The notes: generated from the sequence alone by a model not told the origin. Numbered from the stretch's first letter, positions 1 through 9,951 are shown. The stretch is DNA of 64,000 nucleotides from Alphaproteobacteria bacterium (GCA_017480385.1 JAFVAT010000032.1:15276-79275), one strand, 5' to 3'. Numbers and translations: made by a program.

Positions 1-1
1 T

Positions 2-172
2 CGGGTTATTCAGGAGCATGTGAAAAAGCCATTGGCCGAAGAAATTTTGTTCGGCAGCCTGACGCACGGCGGAACGGCCAGACTGACGGCGAAAAACGGC
101 AAGCTGATGTTGGTCTGCCGTCCGATGGTTAAAGTGAAGGATAAGCGGAAAGAACAGGAACTGATGCTGTTA
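2..172 (+). CDS. clpA: ATP-dependent Clp protease ATP-binding subunit ClpA, C-terminal 57 codons (5'-truncated by the window edge)
   Basis: Frame-2 translation ends ...RVIQEHVKKPLAEEILFGSL..GG...*, matching the conserved ClpA C-terminal tail. A hairpin terminator follows. Confidence 0.6.
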
Positions 173-183
173 TAGGCTGCGGC

Positions 184-223
184 GAATCGAGGCGGAGAGG
201 GACATTTCCGGTCGATTCTTTTT
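184..223 (+). terminator. Rho-independent terminator after clpA
   Basis: Inverted repeat gaatcga..cgg / ccg..tcgattc followed by TTTTT. Confidence 0.5.
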
Positions 224-360
224 GTTAAAAACAGAAATGCCGAATAGCCGCAAAAGCGCGCTTTTTCTGGCTTTGAAAAATTATTTATTTTTGACTCGCC
301 TTTTATATCTTCTGTCGATATAAAGGACTTCCGATAACGCGATTCATACGGAGGATCCTT

Positions 361-1383
361 ATGCCCACTTTTGACGTAACCGCTATCGGCGTGGCTTTTG
401 TAGATGTTGTTGCCAACGTTACGGAAGACTTTCTGCAGGAATATTCTCTGACAAAGGGGCAGGGCAATACGTTGCCGATTGCCGTTTTGCGTGATATTCG
501 CCGAAATTTAATGGATTCCCGCGTTATTCCCGGCGGAACGGCGGCCAATGCAATGGCCAATGTTGCTTCTTTAGGGGGGAAGGCCGCGTTTATCGGCAAA
601 GCGTGCGAAGACACTATGGGCGAAAAATTTAAAGAAGCCTTTGATACAGTCGGCGTTAGGTCCTGCGTGCCGTTAGTCCGGTTCGACCGTGAAATTGATC
701 GGGCAACGGCCAGATGTTTGGTTATGGTGACGCCGGATCACGATCGGACGTTTGCTTTTAACATGGGCATCTGCGAAGAAATTGACGAAGCGGATATTGA
801 TATTCCGACTATTTTAGATTCCAAGCTGCTCTTTATTGAAGGGCAGATGCTTGTTTCCCGCCGCGCGCGTCAGGCCGTTATGTTGGCATTGAATACGGCG
901 AAGCAGGCGGGCATACGGGTGGCGTTCAATATGCATGATTTGAACTTTCGGGCAGTGGCCGTGCAGGAGGTCATTGAAACTATCCGGTCGCAGGCCGATA
1001 TTTTGATCGGCAACGAACGTGAGATTCGCGGCTGTTTTGAAATTGACCGCAGTGTAACGGATCTGGACGCCTTTATGAACGTATTGACCGATCGCCGGCA
1101 GATTTTGGCAATGACGCGCGGTTCAAAAGGGGCCTGTATTTTCTCACATCAGGGCATTGCGACGGTGGCTTCCGAAAATCATCAGTCCATTGTGGACAGC
1201 ACAGGGGCTGGAGACGCTTTTGCCGGCGGATTTTTATACGGACTTGCTCAGAATATGAGCTTGCCTGCGGCAGGAAAGCTGGCGGCTTTGACGGCAGCGG
1301 AAATTATCCGCATTTGGGGTGGTCGTCCTGAAAAATCTTTGGCTTTGGAATTAAAGCCTTATTTGGACAGCATGCGTCCGTAA
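361..1383 (+). CDS. PfkB-family carbohydrate kinase (ribokinase-like)
   Basis: N-terminal AIGVAFVDV beta-strand/Gly motif and C-terminal DSTGAGDAFAGGF anion-hole motif typical of the ribokinase/PfkB family. Confidence 0.65.
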   Translation: MPTFDVTAIGVAFVDVVANVTEDFLQEYSLTKGQGNTLPIAVLRDIRRNLMDSRVIPGGTAANAMANVASLGGKAAFIGKACEDTMGEKFKEAFDTVGVRSCVPLVRFDREIDRATARCLVMVTPDHDRTFAFNMGICEEIDEADIDIPTILDSKLLFIEGQMLVSRRARQAVMLALNTAKQAGIRVAFNMHDLNFRAVAVQEVIETIRSQADILIGNEREIRGCFEIDRSVTDLDAFMNVLTDRRQILAMTRGSKGACIFSHQGIATVASENHQSIVDSTGAGDAFAGGFLYGLAQNMSLPAAGKLAALTAAEIIRIWGGRPEKSLALELKPYLDSMRP

Positions 1384-1454
1384 ATGAATTAAACATCTTC
1401 AATTCTTTTTCTTTTTCGGGTACACTATACCCCTGTTTAACAGGGAGTGCTATC

Positions 1455-2789
1455 ATGCATTGGTATGAAATGAAGCTGGGCAGCCGGGGGCAGACGCACA
1501 GCGGTACATCTCAGGTTTGTCGGCCGGAACGTGTCGCAGATATAGCCAAATATCTGGAACAAGTCGGGAAAAACGGCATTGTGGCCCGCGGATCGGCCAG
1601 CAGTTACGCAGATCAGGCGTTGAATACTGACGGCGCCGTTATGTTGTCCAAACGGCTGGATTGTATTCGTTCCTTTAATCCGGAAACGGGGGAATTGATC
1701 TGCGAGCCCGGCATTATGCTGAAAACAATTACAGAAGTCTATGCGCCGCAGGGGTTTATGCTGGCGACGGCGACAGGATCCGGACAATATACGCTGGGAG
1801 GTGCCATTGCCGCAAATATTATCGGTCAAAACGGTCACAAGCGTATGTCTTTGGCAAAGTCTGTCAATTGGATTGATGTCGTGTTGGCAAACGGTCGGAC
1901 AGAGCGGGCCAGCGCGACGGAAAATGAAGCGCTGTTTAAATCGGTCGTCGGCGGACAGGGGCTGATCGGGATTATCAGTTTGATTTCCATAACGCTGCTG
2001 AAGCGTCCTCAGGAATATGTGTTGGTTGAAAAACGCCGCATGGCCAATTTGGACGAATTGATGGAGGCGCTGAAATCCGTTCGGAAAACAGCTGATTTTT
2101 GTTCGGTTTGGATTGATACTTCCGCGAAACCGGGAGCTGTCGGGCGCGGCGTTTTAAAAACGGCTTCTTTTACAAAGGACGCGGCTGTGCCGGCCTCTCC
2201 TTTTACATTGCCGAAAATAAAGCTTTTCTTGCCATATTTCGCACTGCATATTGCGGCAATGCCGTCCGTGCAGAATTTGCGCTATCGTTTGACGCGGGCT
2301 CAAAAAAAGAAGGTCGAATCTTATGAGCGCTTTTTATATTCTTCCGACAATATACGCGTGTTTTCGACAAAAGGCGTTTATCAGCTGCAGATTTCCTTTT
2401 CCGAAGCAGAGGGACCGCAGGCGATCCGCCGGATATTGACAGAATTGGCTCAGACGCGCGTAACGGCCTGCCGGGCAGAACTGGTGCTGACAAAAGAAGA
2501 TACGCTTTCTTACTTGGGATCCGCTGTGCGCGGGTATACGCTCAGTTTGGATTTCTTCCGCCGCAAGGGACTGGAAGATTTCCTGAAACATTTGATTATG
2601 GTCGCGGGTGAACATAACGGACGGGTTTCTTTGCAGGACGATGCGCTGCTGGAGCCGCGGCACTTGGTTATGATGTACAAGCATCTGGAAAAGTTTACAA
2701 AGGCCAGAAATACATTCGATCCGCAGAAAAAATTTGATTCCGATTTTGGACGCCGTTTGTTTTCGGGAGAGAAAAAATATGAACAATAA
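1455..2789 (+). CDS. FAD-linked oxidase, DprE1-like (FAD_binding_4 / PCMH type)
   Basis: GSASSYAD...TLGGAIAANIIGQNGHK resembles the DprE1 / decaprenylphosphoryl-ribose oxidase FAD-binding segment. It overlaps the following SDR gene by 11 nt. Confidence 0.5.
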   Translation: MHWYEMKLGSRGQTHSGTSQVCRPERVADIAKYLEQVGKNGIVARGSASSYADQALNTDGAVMLSKRLDCIRSFNPETGELICEPGIMLKTITEVYAPQGFMLATATGSGQYTLGGAIAANIIGQNGHKRMSLAKSVNWIDVVLANGRTERASATENEALFKSVVGGQGLIGIISLISITLLKRPQEYVLVEKRRMANLDELMEALKSVRKTADFCSVWIDTSAKPGAVGRGVLKTASFTKDAAVPASPFTLPKIKLFLPYFALHIAAMPSVQNLRYRLTRAQKKKVESYERFLYSSDNIRVFSTKGVYQLQISFSEAEGPQAIRRILTELAQTRVTACRAELVLTKEDTLSYLGSAVRGYTLSLDFFRRKGLEDFLKHLIMVAGEHNGRVSLQDDALLEPRHLVMMYKHLEKFTKARNTFDPQKKFDSDFGRRLFSGEKKYEQ

Positions 2790-3525
2790 ACGCACCTGGA
2801 TTATTTTAGGAGGGACCTGTGTAATCGGACGCGCTTTTGCCCGCGAGGCCGCAAAGGCCGGCTGTGATGTGATTTTATTGGGCAGGGAAGGGGAGGATTT
2901 AACGCTTTCCGCCGATGATATCCGCGCACGTTATCCTGATGTCGAAGTCACGACCATTCCTTTGGACACGGCGAATTTGGATTCTCTGACTAAAACGGCT
3001 GCGCAATGTGAAGAAACGGCAAAAAACATTATCAGCATTTTTTCCGCTTTGGAAACGGCTTATACGCAAAAAGAATGCGGCAAAGATTTGGGCAAGATTA
3101 AAAATATGTTTCAGATTAATTATTTCTCCCAAGTTTATTTTTTGTCGGCAATGGCGCCCGTTTTGCAAAAGCAGGCCTGCGGAGAAATCATTGTTTTAGG
3201 CTCTGCCGCCGGGGAATACGGCATGCCGGATAACTATGCCTTCGGTTCGACAAAGGCGGCCTTGCATGTATGGCTGCAGGGCTTTCAGGCACAAATGGCG
3301 CAGAATCATGTCTCTGTAACGACGGTTAAGGCAGACGACTGGGACACGGTAGGCACACGGCACTATTCTTTTTGGCAGAAGCCGATCAATCCGCAGGCCT
3401 GTGCGCAGGCCTGTCTTGAGTATGCGCAGAAGGGCGTTCGGATCCGTTATTTCCCGTGGTACACGTCCCTGACTGTTTTGCTCAGACGGTACGTGCCGTC
3501 TTTGAACAGAACGCTGCCTGATTAA
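2779..3525 (+). CDS. Short-chain dehydrogenase/reductase, DprE2-like
   Basis: Rossmann motif IILGGTCVIGRAF. The segment IIVLGSAAGEYGMPDNYAFGSTKAAL is strongly reminiscent of DprE2 (SAAGE...N..YGSTKA.L). Likely start is MNNKRTW at 2779, giving an 11-nt overlap with the upstream gene. Confidence 0.5.
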   Translation: MNNKRTWIILGGTCVIGRAFAREAAKAGCDVILLGREGEDLTLSADDIRARYPDVEVTTIPLDTANLDSLTKTAAQCEETAKNIISIFSALETAYTQKECGKDLGKIKNMFQINYFSQVYFLSAMAPVLQKQACGEIIVLGSAAGEYGMPDNYAFGSTKAALHVWLQGFQAQMAQNHVSVTTVKADDWDTVGTRHYSFWQKPINPQACAQACLEYAQKGVRIRYFPWYTSLTVLLRRYVPSLNRTLPD

Positions 3526-3540
3526 AAAAGCGAGGCGCAG

Positions 3541-5421
3541 ATGTTACACAAAGTCTGTTTTTTAGACGCTTCTCTTTTGCGGATCAATGACGGTGCGCCG
3601 GTTAAAGTTACTTTTTTAAACGCTCAGCATGCCGGACATTTTGTCGGCTTTTATTCTGTCGCGGACGGTGTTTTCCAAGATGTTCGGGTCCTGTTTCCCA
3701 ATGCGGGTGGCGAATCCCTGATCCCCGGCGTTAGTTCCGTTTTTTTGGGCAGCCGTCTGAATGGCCGAACGCCGGTCTTTTTTGTCATAGAAAACGGATA
3801 TTCCCTGAATAAGGACGCTTTTTGGTTCCAAGATGCCATTGCCGGACACAGCGGTTTTTGGCATTTTTTAAAGCCTGCCTCGCAAGAGGGGCTTGTTCCG
3901 GCGCTGAATCAGGGGAAAATTGTCTGGCAGCATGCCGGCGGGGACGCGGTTGAACCTGCACAGCCGGCAGATTTGGGAACGGCATGTCCTGTTTTGGTTT
4001 GGCAGTCGAACGGCGGTCAGGTTTTTGTTGTAAAAGGGCAAATTTTCCATAGTCTTGGCAGCGGCGTGCATGCGGCATTAAATCCGGATCAGCACTGTCG
4101 TTTTTTGGTTGCACCGCAGGAAGACAAGGCTTCCGTGACATTAAATTTTATAGAAACGGCGGCACAGAAGGCGGAATTGGCATTCAGTCTCCAAATCGGC
4201 GAACGCAATGTCAGCTCTTTGACACGCAATCGCGTGACGGCTGCCGTATCCGAATGGCCGCAGATTCAGACGCCTGTTTTATCGGCAATAGTTGAAATTC
4301 CGGAAGATTTTGAAGATACGCTTTATTTGGACGGGTTTGAAAATCAAACAACGCTTCCGATCGGCGGGATTGTCTTTTCGGTAGAGGGCAGTCATACGAA
4401 CAAATTGATAATTAAAGGAAAGAGTGACTTAAACCTTTACGAAGGCCTGCTTTCCTGTGTTAAAATCAGGACGGAGGCTTCCGCCGCGGCCAAAAGTGAT
4501 GTTCGTATTGTGCTGCAAACGGAAAAGGAAGAAAGCGTTATTCACGGACAGGCGGATATTTTATCGGAAAAGGCGCAAGTTTCATCGGTGTTGTCCGGGT
4601 TGCCGCTGTCGAAAAATGCCGCGGAAGGGACGGGACATTTTCCGGCGGGACTTTTTGATGATATATTGCCTGCTCGGTCTGAGAATGCTCCGTCAGACGA
4701 ATTGCCCTCTTTCTTAACCCAGCCGGTCGTTCCGCAGGCCGTCGTAAAGGCGCCGTCCAACGGAAAAACAGTATTGATTTCGGGCGGCGCGTGCAAACGG
4801 GGCAGCGCGGCGGCGCATGCTTTTGCGGCACGTGGGTATAATGTTATTATTCATTGCCATACGGCGGCGGCGCAGGCAACGCATTTAGTCGAAGAACTGC
4901 GGCAGCTTTATCATGTCAAGACGGCCTATTTCCGGGCGGATTTTGTTTCATTTGAAGAAACGACCGATCTGATTCCGGCCGTAACAAAAACGTACGGCCC
5001 GATAGATGTGCTGGTTTGCCTTGCATCAGCTTTTGTGAAAGAGGAAACGGCTCAAGGCTGGGAGACCAATATGGCCGTCAATCTGCGGGCGCCCTTTTTG
5101 CTGACGCGGGCCTTTGCGCACGACCTGCCCAAAGGACGGGAAGGGACGGTGATCGCCGTCTTTTCCGAACCGCCGAAAGAACTGTCTTCTTATGCATTGG
5201 CAAATACAGCCTTGCCGGAACTGATGCTTTTGGCGGCTGATTCCTGCAGGGATAAAGTCAGGGTAAACGGACTGGCTGTCGGAGGAGCTCTTTCGGAAGA
5301 AGCCCAAAACAAAAAAATCGCGGAAATGGTATGCTTTTTGGCGGAAAATCCGATCGTTTCAGGACAGACCGTGAAAATAGAAGCCGCCGGGCTATCAGAA
5401 AAAAAGACGAGTCTTTTTTGA
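3541..5421 (+). CDS. Two-domain protein: unknown N-terminal ~400 aa plus C-terminal SDR of the pteridine-reductase (FolM/PTR1-like) type
   Basis: C-terminal KTVLISGGACKRGSAAAHAFAARGYNVIIHCH resembles the PTR1/FolM G-x-x-x-R-x-G ... YH motif. The N-terminal domain could not be recognised. Confidence 0.4.
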   Translation: MLHKVCFLDASLLRINDGAPVKVTFLNAQHAGHFVGFYSVADGVFQDVRVLFPNAGGESLIPGVSSVFLGSRLNGRTPVFFVIENGYSLNKDAFWFQDAIAGHSGFWHFLKPASQEGLVPALNQGKIVWQHAGGDAVEPAQPADLGTACPVLVWQSNGGQVFVVKGQIFHSLGSGVHAALNPDQHCRFLVAPQEDKASVTLNFIETAAQKAELAFSLQIGERNVSSLTRNRVTAAVSEWPQIQTPVLSAIVEIPEDFEDTLYLDGFENQTTLPIGGIVFSVEGSHTNKLIIKGKSDLNLYEGLLSCVKIRTEASAAAKSDVRIVLQTEKEESVIHGQADILSEKAQVSSVLSGLPLSKNAAEGTGHFPAGLFDDILPARSENAPSDELPSFLTQPVVPQAVVKAPSNGKTVLISGGACKRGSAAAHAFAARGYNVIIHCHTAAAQATHLVEELRQLYHVKTAYFRADFVSFEETTDLIPAVTKTYGPIDVLVCLASAFVKEETAQGWETNMAVNLRAPFLLTRAFAHDLPKGREGTVIAVFSEPPKELSSYALANTALPELMLLAADSCRDKVRVNGLAVGGALSEEAQNKKIAEMVCFLAENPIVSGQTVKIEAAGLSEKKTSLF

Positions 5422-5475
5422 TCAGTTTTTCTGTAACCCTTTGCAGACTAACGAGTCATTTGTTTTTATCAAAAG

Positions 5476-5484
5476 TTATCCACA
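5476..5484 (+). promoter_or_regulatory. Perfect DnaA box TTATCCACA (copy 1)
   Basis: Exact 9-mer consensus inside an AT-rich 320-bp spacer. The 13-mer agttatccacagg is identical to copy 2. Confidence 0.5.
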
Positions 5485-5674
5485 GGCAGGAGGAGCTATT
5501 CCAACCGAAAAAATAAATCAAGAGGAAGTTATAAAAAAATTTAAAAATAATGCTTGATTATAAAAAATATTGTAAAAACAATAGCTTACAAGAATTGCCT
5601 AAAAAATAGGCAAAATGAAAAAAAGCAAGGGAAAGCCTTAATCAAAAGTAGGTATCGGCAGTGTTTGCACAGAG

Positions 5675-5683
5675 TTATCCACA
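5675..5683 (+). promoter_or_regulatory. Perfect DnaA box TTATCCACA (copy 2), 58 bp upstream of the uvrC start
   Basis: Exact 9-mer in the same orientation as copy 1, 199 bp away. Confidence 0.5.
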
Positions 5684-5741
5684 GGTTTGGGGAAAACTTT
5701 AAATTTAGGGTTAAAAATAGGAAAAGAGGTTTAAAATCAAA

Positions 5742-7613
5742 ATGATAAGTAAAAAAAACAGTGATTTTACAGACTTCGAATCCGGCGAATCTGCACAAAC
5801 CCTGACAGGATCGGCCTATGTCGCGTCGCATTTATCATCTTTTCCGGAACGACCCGGCGTTTATCGCATGCTGAACGGGCAGGGAAAAATCCTGTATGTC
5901 GGCAAAGCGAAAAGCCTGCGCCGCCGATTGGAAAACTATGCGCATCCCGAACGGACATGCATGCGTATCCAGCGCATGATTTCTGAAATAGAGCAGATTG
6001 AAATTATTGAAACAAAAACGGAAGCGGAAGCTTTTCTGCTGGAAAACGATCTGATTAAGCGTTTAAAGCCGTATTATAATATTCTTCTTAAAGACGATAA
6101 GACTTTTCCGCATATTTTAATTACGACCAAAGACGAATGGCCGCAGATGCTGAAACATCGCGGGGCAAGAACGAAAAAAGGGGAATATTTCGGTCCGTTT
6201 GCATCGGCCCTGACGGTTAATGAAACGCTGGCCGTGCTGCAGAAAGCTTTTTTGTTGCGTTCTTGTACGGATAATGTTTTTTATCACCGCACGCGACCGT
6301 GTCTGCTGCATCAAATCAAACGCTGCTGTGCGCCATGCGCCGGAAAAATCGGCAAAGAGGAGTATTTGGCTTTGGTGGAACAGGCCTGTTCCTTCATGCA
6401 TCATAAAAGCACACAGGTGCAGGCCGATCTGGCCGTCAAAATGGAAGAAGCCAGCGCGGCTATGCGTTATGAGGAAGCCGCCGTTTACCGTGACCGTATC
6501 CGCGCTTTAAATCAGATTCAAAGTCAAAGCAGCGATTTGGACGGCATTTCCGACTGCGATATTGCCGCCGTTTTTTCGGACAAAGGGCAAAGCTGTGTCC
6601 AGATGTTTTTTTATCGCGGCGGACGATCTTGCGGCAATTTTGCGTCTTTTCTTTCTCAGACGGCGGAGCAGACGGAAGGGGAGGTTTTGCAGGCCTTTAT
6701 CGGTCAGTTTTATATGACGCATGCCGTTCCGAATGAAATTTTAGTGTCTTCTTCTTTGCCGGAACAGGACGTTGTTGCGCAGGCTTTGGGAGAAAGGGCC
6801 GGGCATAGTGTCAGGATTGCCGAAAATGTGCGCGCGAATCGCCGCCGGTTGGTTGAACGGGCCGTTATGAATGCGAAAGAAGCCCTTCTGCGCAAGCGCA
6901 TGGAAGGCGCATCGCGTGCCGATTTATTGGAACAGCTGCGCAAATTGGCGGGACTGAAGACGCCGGTGCGCCGTGTTGAAACTTACGATAACAGTCATAT
7001 CCAAGGGGCGCACGCGGTCGGCGCGATGATTGTTGCCACGCCGGAAGGCTTTGATAAAAAGTCGTACCGCAAGTTTAATATTTCTTGGGATTCGTTTACT
7101 CCCGGCGACGATTTCGGCATGATGCGCGAAGTCCTGACCCGCCGTTTTAAAAGAGGGCTGGAGGAAAGGAACCTGCCCGACATTATTTTGATTGACGGCG
7201 GCGCGATTCAGCTGAAAGTCGCTTTGGAAGTTTTAAAGGAGCTGAATGTTTCCGACGTGGTCGCGATCGGCGTCGCCAAAGGCGAAGACAGAAATGCGGG
7301 CAAAGAAACGCTGCATTTTGCCGACAAACCGCCGCTAAATCTGGAATTTGACAATCCGCTGCTGCACTATATCCAGCGTTTAAGGGACGAGGCCCATCGC
7401 TTTGTTATCAGCACGCACAGAATCAAGCGGCGCAACGACACGCTTGTATCGGCTTTGGATTCAATCGGCGGCATCGGCGCGAAACGCAAGAAAGCTTTAT
7501 TGCAGCATTTCGGATCAGTTAAGGCGATCAGAGCCGTCAGCGCAGAAGAAATTGCCAAAGTCGAAGGGATCAGTCCGACTTTGGCGCAACAGATTTTTGA
7601 TGCTTTAAAATAA
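5742..7613 (+). CDS. uvrC: Excinuclease ABC subunit C
   Basis: N-terminal GIY-YIG motif (PGVYRMLNGQGKILYVGKAKSLRRR), UvrBC-interaction domain and C-terminal HhH; 623 aa. Confidence 0.9.
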   Translation: MISKKNSDFTDFESGESAQTLTGSAYVASHLSSFPERPGVYRMLNGQGKILYVGKAKSLRRRLENYAHPERTCMRIQRMISEIEQIEIIETKTEAEAFLLENDLIKRLKPYYNILLKDDKTFPHILITTKDEWPQMLKHRGARTKKGEYFGPFASALTVNETLAVLQKAFLLRSCTDNVFYHRTRPCLLHQIKRCCAPCAGKIGKEEYLALVEQACSFMHHKSTQVQADLAVKMEEASAAMRYEEAAVYRDRIRALNQIQSQSSDLDGISDCDIAAVFSDKGQSCVQMFFYRGGRSCGNFASFLSQTAEQTEGEVLQAFIGQFYMTHAVPNEILVSSSLPEQDVVAQALGERAGHSVRIAENVRANRRRLVERAVMNAKEALLRKRMEGASRADLLEQLRKLAGLKTPVRRVETYDNSHIQGAHAVGAMIVATPEGFDKKSYRKFNISWDSFTPGDDFGMMREVLTRRFKRGLEERNLPDIILIDGGAIQLKVALEVLKELNVSDVVAIGVAKGEDRNAGKETLHFADKPPLNLEFDNPLLHYIQRLRDEAHRFVISTHRIKRRNDTLVSALDSIGGIGAKRKKALLQHFGSVKAIRAVSAEEIAKVEGISPTLAQQIFDALK

Positions 7614-7618
7614 GCGCG

Positions 7619-8404
7619 TTAATAACTTTTCTGCGCGTTTATTTTTTCCGCGACAGCTGCGGGCAAGGGCTTTTTCGCCTGATTTGAAATCGCCGTCTGC
7701 AAAGAAACGGGCTTATCTGCTTTTTCCTGAACGGAGGCTTTATTTTTGTTGAATTTATCTGCCTGTTCAATTCTGTTAAAAGCGCTTCTTAAATATTTCA
7801 GGTTAGCTAACGCTTCTTTTGCTTCCAACAGTTCTTCTCCGCCTTTGTTGGCCGCAGCCGCACTCAATGCCGTGCGCGCGGTTGTTAAAACGCCGCCGAC
7901 CGCCAGCACTTTTCCTCCGATAACGGCTCCGTTTAAGATAAGAGAACCGCAAAAACGCGGGTCAATGCCATTGACTCCGCCGAACACGGAAAGCCCGATC
8001 GCTCCGCCGGCAACGACTGCGGCACTGACGGCTCCGACCGCCAGATACAATCCGGCACGCGAATCGTTAAACAGCTTTTTTACTTTTTGCTTTAACGTCT
8101 TTTTTTGTTTCTGATCTGACGGCGCGTCCTTTTTGTTGCCTTCCAAATGGTTGATTTTGATGTCAAGACGCGCCCCGAACGTATTGCGTTTGTTTAATTC
8201 TTCTGTGCGTTCCTGCAAAACACGCCGGTATGTTTCTTCAATAAAGGGGGAATCTTTTAAATTGCGTTCCAATACTTCCCATTGCAAACGTTCAGCCATG
8301 CTGCCGACAAAAGCAGCATTTTCCAGATAGGCATTCAAAGCAATGTAAGTTTCCTCTTTGGATAGATTCTTGTGTTCTTTTGAAAAATCAAGATTCAAAC
8401 TCAT
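7619..8404 (-). CDS. Hypothetical protein with a glycine-zipper membrane segment
   Basis: 261-aa ORF convergent with uvrC. Central Gly/Ala-rich hydrophobic stretch (AVGAVSAAVVAGGAIGLSVFGG...) flanked by charged coiled-coil-like regions. No recognisable family. Confidence 0.4.
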   Translation of the reverse strand: MSLNLDFSKEHKNLSKEETYIALNAYLENAAFVGSMAERLQWEVLERNLKDSPFIEETYRRVLQERTEELNKRNTFGARLDIKINHLEGNKKDAPSDQKQKKTLKQKVKKLFNDSRAGLYLAVGAVSAAVVAGGAIGLSVFGGVNGIDPRFCGSLILNGAVIGGKVLAVGGVLTTARTALSAAAANKGGEELLEAKEALANLKYLRSAFNRIEQADKFNKNKASVQEKADKPVSLQTAISNQAKKPLPAAVAEKINAQKSY

Positions 8405-8502
8405 AGCAAGGATTCCTTTGTAAATTCATCAAATCCCTCCTATTCGTTTCAGGATATTATTGAAAAAAATTTTTGTCAATAATTTCGGAAAACAATTTGA
8501 AT

Positions 8503-9951
8503 TTATTTTATTTTTTGAATTATCGGTTCTGCTTCCGCGGCAAATTTTTCAACGTCTTTGATTGTTTTCTTCGCGCTGCAGACAACCCCGGCGCCGGCGA
8601 TGCACCCGCCTTCGCACGTCATCATTTCGATCAAGTTGCCGGGGGCTTTGCCGTTCGGATACGTTTTGAACAGCCTTAACATCGCGGGTTTGATGCCGTT
8701 GATGCATACGGGTTTCATTTCAACGCGACCGTTCACAACGGCATTGACCGCCGCCGCAACACCGCCGGTGACCGCAAAGCCGCGTCCTTGCGCAGAAGGC
8801 AGAAGATCAAATTCCGCTTCTACAAAATCGGATACATTGATTTGAGTCGCTTCAAACAAAGCGTCCAATTCTTCAAAGGTCATTACAAAATCAACCAAAG
8901 GATCATTGATGCCTTCATAGCGTTTGGCAACACAGGGGCCAATAAACACAGTGACGGCTTCCGGATCTTTTTTGGCCAGCTCTGCCGTATAATGCATCGG
9001 CGTTGCCGTATCCGAAACAAACTGCGCCAGTTCAGGAACGTGCCGCTTGACAGTTTCAATATAGCCCGGACAGCACGATGTCGTCATAAAGGCATCTCCA
9101 CGGTCCATGCGTTCGATAAACTCTTTGGCCTCATTGCGGGTTGTGATATCCGCGCCGACAGCCACTTCAATCACGCCGGAAAAGCCGATTGCTTTCAATG
9201 CGGAAACAACTTGTTTGACGGTTCCGGGAAATTGACCGGCAATGGCAGGGGCGACCATGGCGATCATTTTTTTCTTTTCTGTCAGCATGGCCTTTAAAAT
9301 ATCGATAATCTGACTGCGTTCCATAACCGCGCCAAACGGGCAGGCGCGCATGCACTGACCGCAGGATACGCATTGTGTAAAGTCGATTTCCGCGCGGCCT
9401 GCCGTACCGCGGCGGATTGCTCCGACGGGACAAGCATTTTCACACGGCACAACACGTTTTAAAATAGCCTGATAAGGGCAGGCTTCCTTGCATTTGCCGC
9501 AGCTTTTGCATTTGTCGGGATCGATGCGGGCGGGACCTTTGGCAATGTCGATAGCGCCGAACGGACAGGCCAAAGCGCACGATCTGGCCAGACAGCTTTG
9601 ACATAATTCGGTCACAACATAGCGCGAGGTAACGCATTCATTGCACGCAATGTCCAAGACGGTCATAACGGGCGGCGTCGGCTTGTCGCGCAGCAAAGCG
9701 CGGCGGGCATATTCGGATAACGGCGTAACTTCATCGTCTTCTTCGACACGGAAGCCCAAAGCGGCTAAGCACCGCGTTCTTAAGATAGCGCGTTCTTTAT
9801 AGATGCAGCAACGATAAGCGGCCTGTCTGGTCGGCAATATTTCAACGGGAATCTTATCTACGTCCAGCAGCAGTCTGTTTTTTAAAAAAGAACGTACCAA
9901 ACGGATCAAAATTTCCCGACGGAAATATTTGGCGTTATCTCTGATTTCCAT
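8503..9951 (-). CDS. [FeFe]-hydrogenase-family protein (H-cluster domain plus N-terminal 4Fe-4S ferredoxin domains)
   Basis: All three H-cluster signatures are present: TSCCPGY (L1), IGPCVAKRYEG (L2), EMMTCEGGCIAGAG (L3). Upstream are several CxxCxxCxxxCP ferredoxin motifs. Confidence 0.65.
   Translation of the reverse strand: MEIRDNAKYFRREILIRLVRSFLKNRLLLDVDKIPVEILPTRQAAYRCCIYKERAILRTRCLAALGFRVEEDDEVTPLSEYARRALLRDKPTPPVMTVLDIACNECVTSRYVVTELCQSCLARSCALACPFGAIDIAKGPARIDPDKCKSCGKCKEACPYQAILKRVVPCENACPVGAIRRGTAGRAEIDFTQCVSCGQCMRACPFGAVMERSQIIDILKAMLTEKKKMIAMVAPAIAGQFPGTVKQVVSALKAIGFSGVIEVAVGADITTRNEAKEFIERMDRGDAFMTTSCCPGYIETVKRHVPELAQFVSDTATPMHYTAELAKKDPEAVTVFIGPCVAKRYEGINDPLVDFVMTFEELDALFEATQINVSDFVEAEFDLLPSAQGRGFAVTGGVAAAVNAVVNGRVEMKPVCINGIKPAMLRLFKTYPNGKAPGNLIEMMTCEGGCIAGAGVVCSAKKTIKDVEKFAAEAEPIIQKIK

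Noticed and set aside
303-614. 103-aa minus-strand ORF overlapping the PfkB kinase start.
   Set aside because: It overlaps a well-supported kinase gene on the other strand and the intergenic terminator, and has no recognisable features.
1437-1838. 133-aa minus-strand ORF overlapping the DprE1-like gene.
   Set aside because: Contained in a supported plus-strand gene. No features.
5422-5741. DnaA-box region considered as the chromosomal oriC.
   Set aside because: Not adopted as a call. Genes on both sides are co-oriented with no strand switch, dnaA/gidA/dnaN are absent nearby, and only two boxes are present. It is reported as a finding to test rather than as an origin.
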